34,880 bases of DNA from a virus. Taxonomy: Duplodnaviria > Caudoviricetes. This document shows, piece after piece, positions 20,526 through 28,302 of the stretch. The DNA is taken from the IMG/VR virus record IMGVR_UViG_3300029448_000170, positions 1-34,880 of that record, one strand, 5' to 3'. The position numbers were made by a program, and so were the translations under genes. Below the pieces are notes generated by a model. It was not told the DNA's origin, searched no databases, and saw only the letters and a program-made list of their open reading frames with translations. Within the stretch, counting starts at the first letter, position 1. Each line of letters opens with the position of its first letter.

Positions 20526-20933
20526 TTATACAATCCATTCTTTAGGAATAATTTTATCAGCAAATTTAAAACCATGCTTTATGCACCAATCTGCGTAACT
20601 TGTTTTACTTCCTTTGTAGATTTTGTTTTTTGAATTTCCAAAAATAAACCTAATGTCTAATTTTGGTTGTTGTTCTTTAACTAATAAATGTTTCTTTCTG
20701 TCTTCTCTTTTAAAGAAACCTTTTATTTCAATTAATACTCCGTTATCTAACTCAATGTCAGGAGTATACTTATGTTTAGTAGAGGGCTTAAAGTATAGTA
20801 TGACACGTTTTTCATATTTAAAATTTACTTTTCTAAATTCTAAATCTTTAATAACGCTATCTTCAAGCCCACTACGGTAATTAGAAGTCCGCTTCTTCCG
20901 AAACGGGTACTTCCTTTTTCCCACTAGGTACAT
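20526..20933 (-). CDS. Endonuclease I / Holliday junction resolvase (gp3)
   Basis: YRSGLE, YTPD, IEIKG, DRKKHLLVKEQ.P.LDIRFIF and SYADWC.KHGF motifs. The start is uncertain and overlaps the SSB 3' end. Confidence 0.93.
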   Translation of the reverse strand: MYLVGKRKYPFRKKRTSNYRSGLEDSVIKDLEFRKVNFKYEKRVILYFKPSTKHKYTPDIELDNGVLIEIKGFFKREDRKKHLLVKEQQPKLDIRFIFGNSKNKIYKGSKTSYADWCIKHGFKFADKIIPKEWIV

Positions 20934-21477
20934 TGGAAACTGCTTTCTCTGCTTGAAAACCATAATCATAATCAGAGTTAGTATCTCCGTTTGATTTAGG
21001 TTTTTCAGAAACTACTTCAATTAACTGAGCCGCTTTTAATCTAAGCGTAACACCAACACCTTGCATTGGGTTAGCCCACGACACAGCTTGAAAGGCGATC
21101 TTCATTTTTGAACCGCTATAAACAGGTTGCTTTTCAGCTACAGATTTATCGGGGTTTAAAATCTTTGGTCTTTGTTCAAAGTCAGTTCCGTCTTTCATTA
21201 TTACCTTAGCTTTGAGTTTAAATTTAAACTCTACTGTTCCATCTTTTGAAATCTTATATTGATTGTGAGGAGCTCTTTTTTCAGTATTGTCTTTTTTCTG
21301 ACGTGCTTTTAAAGTGTCCTCATAGATTTTTACAAATGGTTTAGCATCATTTTCACTCAACACAAACTTAACCGTAAATACTCCGTCTGGTTTTTCAAAC
21401 TGTGTATCTGGTGTAAATAAGTAGGGATAATTTGCTATACCTACTGGTGTTGTGTGTATTTCTTTTTCATTTATCAT
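20881..21477 (-). CDS. Single-stranded DNA-binding protein (gp2.5)
   Basis: TTPVGIANYPYL..PDT.F, GVTLRLKAAQLIE, acidic tail ending in Phe (EEADF), SD GGAGG. Confidence 0.93.
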   Translation of the reverse strand: MINEKEIHTTPVGIANYPYLFTPDTQFEKPDGVFTVKFVLSENDAKPFVKIYEDTLKARQKKDNTEKRAPHNQYKISKDGTVEFKFKLKAKVIMKDGTDFEQRPKILNPDKSVAEKQPVYSGSKMKIAFQAVSWANPMQGVGVTLRLKAAQLIEVVSEKPKSNGDTNSDYDYGFQAEKAVSNVPSGKKEVPVSEEADF

Positions 21478-21527
21478 AAGTGTTTTACCTCCAAGAGTGT
21501 CTCTATGTTTGTTGTCCTTTGTGGGAA

Positions 21528-21545
21528 TATCTCGTAAGCGAGACT
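21528..21545. promoter_or_regulatory. Putative operator (7-4-7 imperfect palindrome)
   Basis: TATCTCG-TAAG-CGAGACT upstream of ssb, member of a repeated motif family. Confidence 0.5.
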
Positions 21546-21547
21546 AA

Positions 21548-21757
21548 TTACTTACAAATACACCCGTATAAATTTCCTGTCTCATCATTCATAACGTGCT
21601 GATTAAACGGTGCATCATGGTACGTTGTAAACTCTAAACGTATGATGTCGCAAAGATCAAAACAATCAACGATATTGAATAACTTTATATGTTCCATCAT
21701 CTGTTTTGTTACTTCTATTAGATGAAACATTCCGTCTGTTTGAATTATTAATTCCAT
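21548..21757 (-). CDS. Hypothetical protein (Cys-containing)
   Basis: 69 aa, CFDLC and GCIC. Confidence 0.6.
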   Translation of the reverse strand: MELIIQTDGMFHLIEVTKQMMEHIKLFNIVDCFDLCDIIRLEFTTYHDAPFNQHVMNDETGNLYGCICK

Positions 21758-21860
21758 TTTTTTCTAAAGCACATTCCGCACAATAAACAGTTTTTTCTAT
21801 TACAATTACCGATTTACGTTTTTGACATTTTTGGCATATCGGACGTATGTCGCCACTCAT
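21666..21860 (-). CDS. Small zinc-finger-like protein
   Basis: CQKC...YCAEC, overlapping both neighbours. Confidence 0.55.
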   Translation of the reverse strand: MSGDIRPICQKCQKRKSVIVIEKTVYCAECALEKNGINNSNRRNVSSNRSNKTDDGTYKVIQYR

Positions 21861-22200
21861 AATATTTTTCCTTTTTGTTGGTAACTACATATAAAGATTT
21901 AGCGTCTATCTTTTTTGGATAGATGTAAGCAAAAATATTTTTATCTATTTCCTTAAGTTTATAACCCGCACCAAGTTCAATACGATTTGCAGTTCTAAAA
22001 TCATCTTGATTAACTTCGTAAAGTTCTCCTTTAATTCTAAATTCAGAGTTTTCATTTTCCCATACATAAGGAAACCAAAAACCTGTCATCTCAAAACCTT
22101 TTTGTTTTGTTATGTAATTTCCAACTTTTTTACTTTTCGATAAAACGTGGTTTAACGCATACCCCTTTTTAAGTGTCCCATACACAAATAGTTTTTTCAT
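21814..22200 (-). CDS. Gamma-glutamylcyclotransferase (AIG2/GGACT-like)
   Basis: Diagnostic LFVYGTLKKG start, IKGELYEV, and a conserved Glu in RIELGAGY; SD GAAAGGA. Confidence 0.88.
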   Translation of the reverse strand: MKKLFVYGTLKKGYALNHVLSKSKKVGNYITKQKGFEMTGFWFPYVWENENSEFRIKGELYEVNQDDFRTANRIELGAGYKLKEIDKNIFAYIYPKKIDAKSLYVVTNKKEKYYEWRHTSDMPKMSKT

Positions 22201-22223
22201 AGCCGTCCTTTCTTTATTATATT

Positions 22224-22241
22224 AGTCTCGCTTTCGCAACT
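22224..22241. promoter_or_regulatory. Putative operator (7-4-7 imperfect palindrome)
   Basis: AGTCTCG-CTTT-CGCAACT between the RNAP stop and the cyclotransferase RBS. Confidence 0.55.
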
Positions 22242-22243
22242 AT

Positions 22244-24727
22244 TTAACTAAAAAAATAGCTACTGTTAGCTATTTCATTAATATCTAAATTACCTCGTTC
22301 TGGTGGTGGGCTAAGCGACTTAGCAAATTTCGCTGGTAGCTGTGCAGTCCAATCTGCATATAAAATTTCAAGGTAATCTTCTTTAAACAAATCTATTACA
22401 ACTTGTCTTATAATTTTATGTAGTTGGTCAACACGGTTAGGTGTTGTTGCAAAACTATCATGCACCATCATTAAATTATTAATAGGTTCATCATGGTTTT
22501 TACAATACAAAGAAACTCCTTGAGCAACTGCTCCATCTAAACTGTGAACAATATTAGGGCTCACGCTAGAGCTGTATTTTCTAGAATCTTTCTTATCCTG
22601 TTCTCGCCTAAAGGTAGTGTAAACTAAAGACCCGTTAATGGCAGTTTTAACTTTAAATGGTATTTGATACCTGTAATCCATTTCTACAGGAAATCCCATA
22701 GGTGTTGTCCATTTCATTTTTAAATTTGCTTTTGCAAATAGTTTTGCACAATCCTGAAACCATTTCATAAGCTGTGCTTCTGGGCTAATTTGTTGTTCTA
22801 TTTTATCCCAAACGATTCCTGCTAACCAACGGCAGTCGCTAAAGCCATCATCTTCTAATACCTTTTTAGCGGGATTAAATTCTATGATGCTTTTGTACTC
22901 ATCAAATATCTGCTGTCGTGCACCATAAGGTTTAAGAGAATAAACATAAGTCATTATATTTCTTTTAACTATTTGCTTAGTTATCCCAAATTCTAACCAT
23001 CTGTTTGCTTCTCTACTACCCTCGTTAGCTTTAATAGTCGCTTCGTCTTTAACAAGATCAGCTACTTTTGTGTAAATACTTTTAGGTTTATCTGATGGTA
23101 ATACATTTACTTCTCTAGCTGTAATTTCGTTTCTCATTAGGATCGACAAAACTTGTAAACCGCTACAAGTAGCGTCCATAGACACAGGCAAACTACATAG
23201 CATCTCTGTTCCCTCATTTTTAAATCGCTTAAGGTTCATACATGTATTTAAAAATTCCATAGGTTTATCTGCGAAGTTCCAACCTTTGTTATCTAACGGT
23301 GCTTCTGCATAGCTTACAAATTCATCAAACTTTTCTTCAGTAAATTTATAGCGTTCATTAAATGAAACTTTGTCATTACCCCAAGTATTTGAAGCGTGGA
23401 CAAATAACCAATACTTTCCTCTGTCGCCTAACCTTTCAGGATTTGCAAAATTAATAAGCGATTTAATCTTTTGGTCAGTCTGGTAGGTGACGGTTGTACC
23501 AACACAATATAGCCGACCTCTAGTATCAGCAAATATAGCAAAATATATTCTTTCAAATTCTAAGTATTCTAAAGCTAAATCAACTGCTACTAATGTGTTT
23601 AATACTTTAGATGATCTAGCTATTTCATCACTATATGCTCTACTTAAATCTCTTTTGTATTTAATTTTTAGTTCTAGTATTTCATCAACTTTTGGATCAC
23701 GATAAATATTTTTTGGTTTACCTTTTTCATCTAATAAACTTTCTCTATCGGGAAACTTACCTAATCTTAAATTATTATCCCATATTTCTTTAAATACATT
23801 AAACATTTCTCTATCTATTTTAAAAGCAACAGATTGCAGGTGATTTACGGCATCATAAAAACCGCTTAACTGCTTACTGTCTAATGTATGTAAATAAGTA
23901 TAATCATGGGTTTTAATTAAAGGTTGTTTAGTTAAATACTCATTATGAAAACCGCCATTAAAAGGTGTGGTATATGGTTTTGGTGGAGTTACCATAGCTT
24001 TATAATATGGCGTTAATACACTACATTGAAAACTACTGTCTTTTATTTTCTTTTCTATTTCATCATGTAATATTAAATAATTAACTGTTTTATGTTTTGC
24101 AATTCTAATAGGTTTAATCCTACAAAACTTTGTTTCTTTGTTTTTAATAACTAAATCAATTAATTTTAATCCAACAAGTGCTTGTTTTCTTATGTCCCAT
24201 TTGTCTATTTGAATTTTATATTTGTTCAGGGTATGAGCAAAAACCCGCTTACGGTGTTTAACATTACTTGTTCTTTTAAGTAAATCTCTTAATACGACTG
24301 TGTGAAGGTGAGGTTCTTTTGCTTTAAATATATTATTAGCTAACTCTAGTTCTACCATAGAACCAATTTGAGCAGAAGTTTGTGCTAAAGTTTTCTTTTG
24401 ACTAATGCAATCTATTATTATTTTTAAGGTTATTAAAGCAACTTTCTTACTATCATCAATGTCCCTTAATGGCTCAGAAGCCGTGTGTCTTCTACCTGCA
24501 TTTTTGTATTCCCGCTTAACAAATAGATCAATACTATCTGCTAAAGGTATTAATAATTTCTTTTGAACATAAATAAATGGTGGCGTTACACTAGCTCTAC
24601 CTTTATCCCAATTCTTTTTTTCGGCATTAGCATATCTGTTTCTTCCTTGATTTATCCATTCTCCCTCTCTTAGTTCTTGAATTTCCTGTAAACTCTTACT
24701 CGTTGTTTCTGTTTGCTTAGTCGCCAT
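22244..24727 (-). CDS. Single-subunit DNA-directed RNA polymerase (T7 gp1-like)
   Basis: DTRGRLY, motif A DATCSGLQ, motif B K..MT..Y, PNIVHSLD, motif C VHDSF. Confidence 0.98.
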   Translation of the reverse strand: MATKQTETTSKSLQEIQELREGEWINQGRNRYANAEKKNWDKGRASVTPPFIYVQKKLLIPLADSIDLFVKREYKNAGRRHTASEPLRDIDDSKKVALITLKIIIDCISQKKTLAQTSAQIGSMVELELANNIFKAKEPHLHTVVLRDLLKRTSNVKHRKRVFAHTLNKYKIQIDKWDIRKQALVGLKLIDLVIKNKETKFCRIKPIRIAKHKTVNYLILHDEIEKKIKDSSFQCSVLTPYYKAMVTPPKPYTTPFNGGFHNEYLTKQPLIKTHDYTYLHTLDSKQLSGFYDAVNHLQSVAFKIDREMFNVFKEIWDNNLRLGKFPDRESLLDEKGKPKNIYRDPKVDEILELKIKYKRDLSRAYSDEIARSSKVLNTLVAVDLALEYLEFERIYFAIFADTRGRLYCVGTTVTYQTDQKIKSLINFANPERLGDRGKYWLFVHASNTWGNDKVSFNERYKFTEEKFDEFVSYAEAPLDNKGWNFADKPMEFLNTCMNLKRFKNEGTEMLCSLPVSMDATCSGLQVLSILMRNEITAREVNVLPSDKPKSIYTKVADLVKDEATIKANEGSREANRWLEFGITKQIVKRNIMTYVYSLKPYGARQQIFDEYKSIIEFNPAKKVLEDDGFSDCRWLAGIVWDKIEQQISPEAQLMKWFQDCAKLFAKANLKMKWTTPMGFPVEMDYRYQIPFKVKTAINGSLVYTTFRREQDKKDSRKYSSSVSPNIVHSLDGAVAQGVSLYCKNHDEPINNLMMVHDSFATTPNRVDQLHKIIRQVVIDLFKEDYLEILYADWTAQLPAKFAKSLSPPPERGNLDINEIANSSYFFS

Positions 24728-24767
24728 GTGCTCCTCAAGTTGTTGAGGTAATTTAACTAGCTAAAGT

Positions 24768-24807
24768 ATTTTAAGTCCTTTGTGTCTACCAATTTCACCA
24801 CGAGGGC
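24768..24807 (-). other. attP core: 5' half of tRNA-Leu(TAA), not a complete tRNA
   Basis: Minus strand GCCCTCG TG GTGAAATTGGTAGACAC A AAGGA CTTAAAA T gives the acceptor 5' strand, Leu-type D arm, anticodon stem 5' strand and loop with TAA. Pairing then breaks (TACTT instead of TCCTT) and no T-arm or CCA follows. It lies 27 nt downstream of the integrase stop. Confidence 0.9.
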
Positions 24808-24834
24808 TCTTTCAATACGGTTTACCTAGCTTAT

Positions 24835-25686
24835 TTACCTATTAGTGTAAACTCCCTTAATTGCGTCTTTAAGATCGTCCTTTGTGGGGTGGTTGTACCT
24901 TTGTGTCATTCTAATATCTTTATGACCAACGATTTTCTGCACCACTTCAATGCCAATCTTCTTCTTCAATAAGCGAGTTATGCAAGTATGTCTCAATGAG
25001 TGCATCACAAAATCTTTCTCATGTTCCATACCTAGTTTTTTTCTTACTTGAACCCATGCGTGTTCTACTGCATGAATAGTAATAGGAAAAGGTTTCTCTA
25101 AACCCATCTTTTTTCTTTTTGAAAGTATTCTTTCAACTTCGTCAAAAATAGGTACATACCTGTCGTCTCCTGTTTTGGTATCGACTAAATGTAAAAACCC
25201 ATCTTTTATTTTATCCCAAGTTAGATTTAATAATTCACTAACTCGGCAACCCGTTAAGATTAAACACTCCCAAAGGTCTGCTTCATCATCACGATAATTT
25301 AAACGAGCAGTCAGTAAAATCTTTTCTTGAAGTTCTTCACTAACTACAAACTCTCGTTTATTATTTTCTTTTTCATATTCAATTAAAGGTAAACCCCAAG
25401 TGAATTGAAAACCTTTAACCCCTCTTGCCCAAGTGCATAGTTTGGACAAGGCGGCTAATTTTCTGTTTATCGTTCCATGTTTATAAGACAACTGCGTACT
25501 ACAATAATGTTTAAACTCCCTAACATTTTCTGTAGCAATTTCATTCAATAGATTTTCAAAACCATAGAATGCACCGAATACCTCAGCGTTCTTAATGCTT
25601 AATACTCCATTCTTTTGTCTTGACCATTCCATATCACTAACTTTCGTTATAGCTTGTCTTACTGTTATCCTAGTGTTGTCAGGCAT
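24835..25686 (-). CDS. int: Tyrosine integrase
   Basis: TGCRVSEL (R), TKTG (K), HSLRH (HxxR), GHKDIRMTQRY (H, Y); SD AAGGAGG; adjacent attP. Confidence 0.96.
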   Translation of the reverse strand: MPDNTRITVRQAITKVSDMEWSRQKNGVLSIKNAEVFGAFYGFENLLNEIATENVREFKHYCSTQLSYKHGTINRKLAALSKLCTWARGVKGFQFTWGLPLIEYEKENNKREFVVSEELQEKILLTARLNYRDDEADLWECLILTGCRVSELLNLTWDKIKDGFLHLVDTKTGDDRYVPIFDEVERILSKRKKMGLEKPFPITIHAVEHAWVQVRKKLGMEHEKDFVMHSLRHTCITRLLKKKIGIEVVQKIVGHKDIRMTQRYNHPTKDDLKDAIKGVYTNR

Positions 25687-25707
25687 AAGTCCTCCTTTTT
25701 GATTTGC

Positions 25708-26067
25708 CTACCCCAACAACTTGAGTACCTTATCTTTAACAGATTTTCCCTTACTTGTTAACTCTAAAGTACGTTGTCGATAGTCTTCGGGGTTTATATT
25801 TTGTTTTAATAAATTTAGCCCTTTTCTATCTTTTCTTGTTTTAGCTACTTCACAAAGGATATGCACATCTCTAGAAACTCTAGATTTGGTCAAATTTGGA
25901 AAATAACTAAGTATATTTTCATTGTTTATTCCCTCTTCAAAACAAACTAATAAAAATATTGCATAACAAGAAACATCAACTTTATCATCAAGACTTTGAA
26001 ACAATTTCATTAGTTCTAGTCCTTTTGATAGACCTCTAAAGCCAACAGTTCTTTTTATTGTCGTCAT
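25708..26067 (-). CDS. MarR-like winged-helix transcriptional regulator (candidate repressor)
   Basis: LTKSRVSRDVHIL helix and NPEDYRQRTLELTSKG wing motif, directly upstream of int. Confidence 0.78.
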   Translation of the reverse strand: MTTIKRTVGFRGLSKGLELMKLFQSLDDKVDVSCYAIFLLVCFEEGINNENILSYFPNLTKSRVSRDVHILCEVAKTRKDRKGLNLLKQNINPEDYRQRTLELTSKGKSVKDKVLKLLG

Positions 26068-26155
26068 ACGTTATCCTACTCATTGTTTTTTTACTTATAG
26101 TTCTTACCGCAACACTATTTTTGTTAAAGTGGCTTTTAATAAATACACTTTTAGT

Positions 26156-26329
26156 TTATTTATTTACAGCGGTAAATAACCACTTTCCAATATGAAAACA
26201 AGTCAAATTGGATTTATATTTTAAGTCCAGAGAGCTTGGAATAACTACGTTTTTATTAAACTTTTCTAACGTGAAATTCCAAAATAAGAAATTAAAATTA
26301 TACCTTTTTAGTATGTTAATAGTATTCAT
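26156..26329 (-). CDS. Small early protein, 57 aa (not in the ORF track)
   Basis: MNTINILKRYNFNFLFWNFTLEKF...HIGKWLFTAVNK, strong SD TAAGGAG 8 nt upstream. Confidence 0.65.
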   Translation of the reverse strand: MNTINILKRYNFNFLFWNFTLEKFNKNVVIPSSLDLKYKSNLTCFHIGKWLFTAVNK

Positions 26330-26351
26330 AACACTAACTCCTTATCTCTGT

Positions 26352-26471
26352 TTAAGTTAAATATTTATTTGACGGTGCATTAATTAAATTATCTTCATAG
26401 CCATGTCTATTACCGCCAAACATAGAAGTACATTTAGTAGTAGCCGACAAATGGTATTTTATATTTTTCAT
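26352..26471 (-). CDS. Small early peptide, 39 aa (not in the ORF track)
   Basis: MKNIKYHLSATTKCTSMFGGNRHGYEDNLINAPSNKYLT, SD-like AAAGGGGGT upstream. Confidence 0.5.
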   Translation of the reverse strand: MKNIKYHLSATTKCTSMFGGNRHGYEDNLINAPSNKYLT

Positions 26472-26496
26472 ATATCTACCCCCTTTCGAATTTTAG

Positions 26497-26525
26497 TCTC
26501 TATATCAATACTTTCTTAAAGTCAA
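26497..26525 (-). promoter_or_regulatory. Candidate host sigma70 early promoter
   Basis: TTGACT at 26525-26520 followed by TG-A-TATAGA. The spacing or -10 match is imperfect. Confidence 0.35.
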
Positions 26526-26533
26526 TACAATTT

Positions 26534-26580
26534 CTAGTTTGCAATCGCAGATTTATACAACCTAGTTTGCAATCGCAACT
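26534..26580. promoter_or_regulatory. Tandem putative operators
   Basis: Exact direct repeat CTAGTTTGCAATCGCA at 26534 and 26562, each an imperfect 7-4-7 palindrome. Confidence 0.65.
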
Positions 26581-26608
26581 TATGATAGTGAATTGATTTT
26601 TTTGATTT

Positions 26609-26625
26609 TTTAGAATCATTCTAAA
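26609..26625. promoter_or_regulatory. Irr-type iron control element (ICE) match
   Basis: TTTAGAA-TCA-TTCTAAA is a perfect match to the alphaproteobacterial ICE consensus TTTAGAA-N3-TTCTAAA and is intergenic. Confidence 0.6.
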
Positions 26626-26634
26626 TTACAGAAA

Positions 26635-26799
26635 TTATTTTTTATTTTTATTTGTAAGGTTATTTGTTTTTTTATTTGTGGTTGTATTACTAGCAACAGT
26701 ATTAACATTCGAAGCATTTGTATTAGGTGAATTTTTATTTAACCCGCTTAACCGCTTTAATTCTTTATAGTGTTTTGGGTGTTTAAATACGAATGTCAT
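26635..26799 (-). CDS. Small basic peptide, 54 aa (not in the ORF track)
   Basis: MTFVFKHPKHYKELKRLSGLNKNSPN..., low-complexity N/T/K tail, no clear SD. Confidence 0.35.
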   Translation of the reverse strand: MTFVFKHPKHYKELKRLSGLNKNSPNTNASNVNTVASNTTTNKKTNNLTNKNKK

Positions 26800-26827
26800 G
26801 CGGTGTTAGCTGTAAACATTAAACCGC

Positions 26828-27085
26828 TTAAGCTGTCCGAGTTAATAAGATTAAACCCGCAACAATTCCGAACACAGATGCAAAGAACATTATTCCAAGA
26901 TCGTTAATAGATATAAATAACATTATCATTGATAAAAAGAATATTAAAAAAAATACCATTGATAATAATTCTCTATAATTAGTCGAGTTTTTTTCTTGGG
27001 TACTTGTGGTCGATTTCTTTTTAAAATCGAATGTGCGTTGCTCTCTGTTAGATTTATTTGTTTTAATTTCTGTAATTTTTATCAT
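26828..27085 (-). CDS. Small membrane protein (two predicted TM helices)
   Basis: Basic N-half, then LLSMVFFLIFFLSMIMLFISI and LGIMFFASVFGIVAGLILL. Confidence 0.6.
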   Translation of the reverse strand: MIKITEIKTNKSNREQRTFDFKKKSTTSTQEKNSTNYRELLSMVFFLIFFLSMIMLFISINDLGIMFFASVFGIVAGLILLTRTA

Positions 27086-27161
27086 TTTATTAAAAGCCCT
27101 TTATTTTGACCGCCAAATATAGAGAGGTCAAAAACCATATCTAGCGGTCATTTGTTAAATT

Positions 27162-27179
27162 TGTTGCAAAAATGCAACA
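27162..27179. promoter_or_regulatory. Perfect palindrome, candidate transcription-factor site
   Basis: TGTTGCA-AAAA-TGCAACA in the divergent promoter region, with relatives at 27219-27236 and 30823-30840. Confidence 0.5.
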
Positions 27180-27260
27180 GTATCCATATAGCGATTATTT
27201 ATAAGAAAACAAGAATATTGTTGTAAATATATCACACTTTTTTCCCGCTTAACTTAATTT

Positions 27261-27298
27261 AGTTGCGATTGCGTATTTAGTTGAGATTTCGAGATAAT
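27261..27298 (+). promoter_or_regulatory. Tandem putative operators overlapping a candidate promoter of the inverted cassette
   Basis: AGTTGCG-ATTG-CGTATTT then AGTTGAG-ATTT-CGAGATA, overlapped by TTGCGT-N18-GATAAT. Confidence 0.5.
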
Positions 27299-27354
27299 TT
27301 CGATAATGATAGTAATAATTAAACAATAAAAATAAATAACTGAAAGAGGTCAAT

Positions 27355-28302
27355 ATGTGTTTAATAATTCAAGGTAGCCCGAAAAAATTTACACGGGAAA
27401 TAATAAAAAAAGCATTCGATCAAAATTCTGATGGGTTTGGTTTGATGTATATAGATAATGAAACAAAGCGAGTAGTTACAAAAAAGTTTTATACAAAAAG
27501 AATTAATAAAATTTATAAAACTTTTAAAACTCATTCTAAAAAAACTGAGAGTATCGCTTTACATTTTAGAATAACAACTAACGGTAACACCAATAATCAG
27601 AATTGCCACCCGTTCCAAGTTTTAAATCAAGATAACGACAGAATTGATTTATCATTAATGCACAATAGCCCGAAACTACCCGCACCGCTATTGAGTGATA
27701 AATTTTCTGATACTTATTATTTTAGTAAAGTTATTTTAAGACCGATAATAAAAAGTAATTATCAATTAATAAGTAACTCTGAATTTATAAAAACTTTAGA
27801 GAGTATCGCACAAGCGGAATGCGATAGTCGAATACTATTACTCGATAATTTTACTAATACATTCCAATTCTTAGGCGATTGGCATGAGTACAACGGTTTA
27901 AAATATTCGAATACTAATACTATTCCATATACGAATAAATATTTTAGTGATGATGAATTTAATCAAGATTATAAATATTTATACACAAATAAATATCCAA
28001 AAATCGCAGTACAAAAAACACCCGTTTATAACTCTCAATTTTGGGATAATAAAAATAGTTCTGATTTAGTTACCGCTAAAGACTTAAACGATCTGAATGA
28101 ATTTTTAAAATCTAATAGTGATAGTTCAGAAATAAAAACTTTGTTTTCAGATCAACCCGAATTAGCAACAGAATATTTAAGGGCGGTTGCTTTGGGTTAT
28201 GATTTAAGCGATCTCGAAGATTGTCATTTATTCTTTGATGAAACAAATAACACAATTCAATTTGATGACACAAAACCTTTAGGCAGAAAGGCGGGTAACT
28301 AA
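27355..28302 (+). CDS. Class II (Ntn) glutamine amidotransferase-like protein
   Basis: Cys2 nucleophile (MCLII), NSDGFG, HFRITTNG, NCHPF, and MHN(S) at the HNG position; SD GAGG. Confidence 0.88.
   Translation: MCLIIQGSPKKFTREIIKKAFDQNSDGFGLMYIDNETKRVVTKKFYTKRINKIYKTFKTHSKKTESIALHFRITTNGNTNNQNCHPFQVLNQDNDRIDLSLMHNSPKLPAPLLSDKFSDTYYFSKVILRPIIKSNYQLISNSEFIKTLESIAQAECDSRILLLDNFTNTFQFLGDWHEYNGLKYSNTNTIPYTNKYFSDDEFNQDYKYLYTNKYPKIAVQKTPVYNSQFWDNKNSSDLVTAKDLNDLNEFLKSNSDSSEIKTLFSDQPELATEYLRAVALGYDLSDLEDCHLFFDETNNTIQFDDTKPLGRKAGN

Noticed and set aside
24730-24807. Complete tRNA-Leu gene
   Set aside because: Only the 5' 40 nt are present; there is no variable arm, T-arm or acceptor 3' strand. Treated as attP.
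26160-26179. Hairpin TTATTTAC-AGCG-GTAAATAA as a terminator
   Set aside because: AT-rich weak stem lying inside the 57-aa ORF, so insufficient support.
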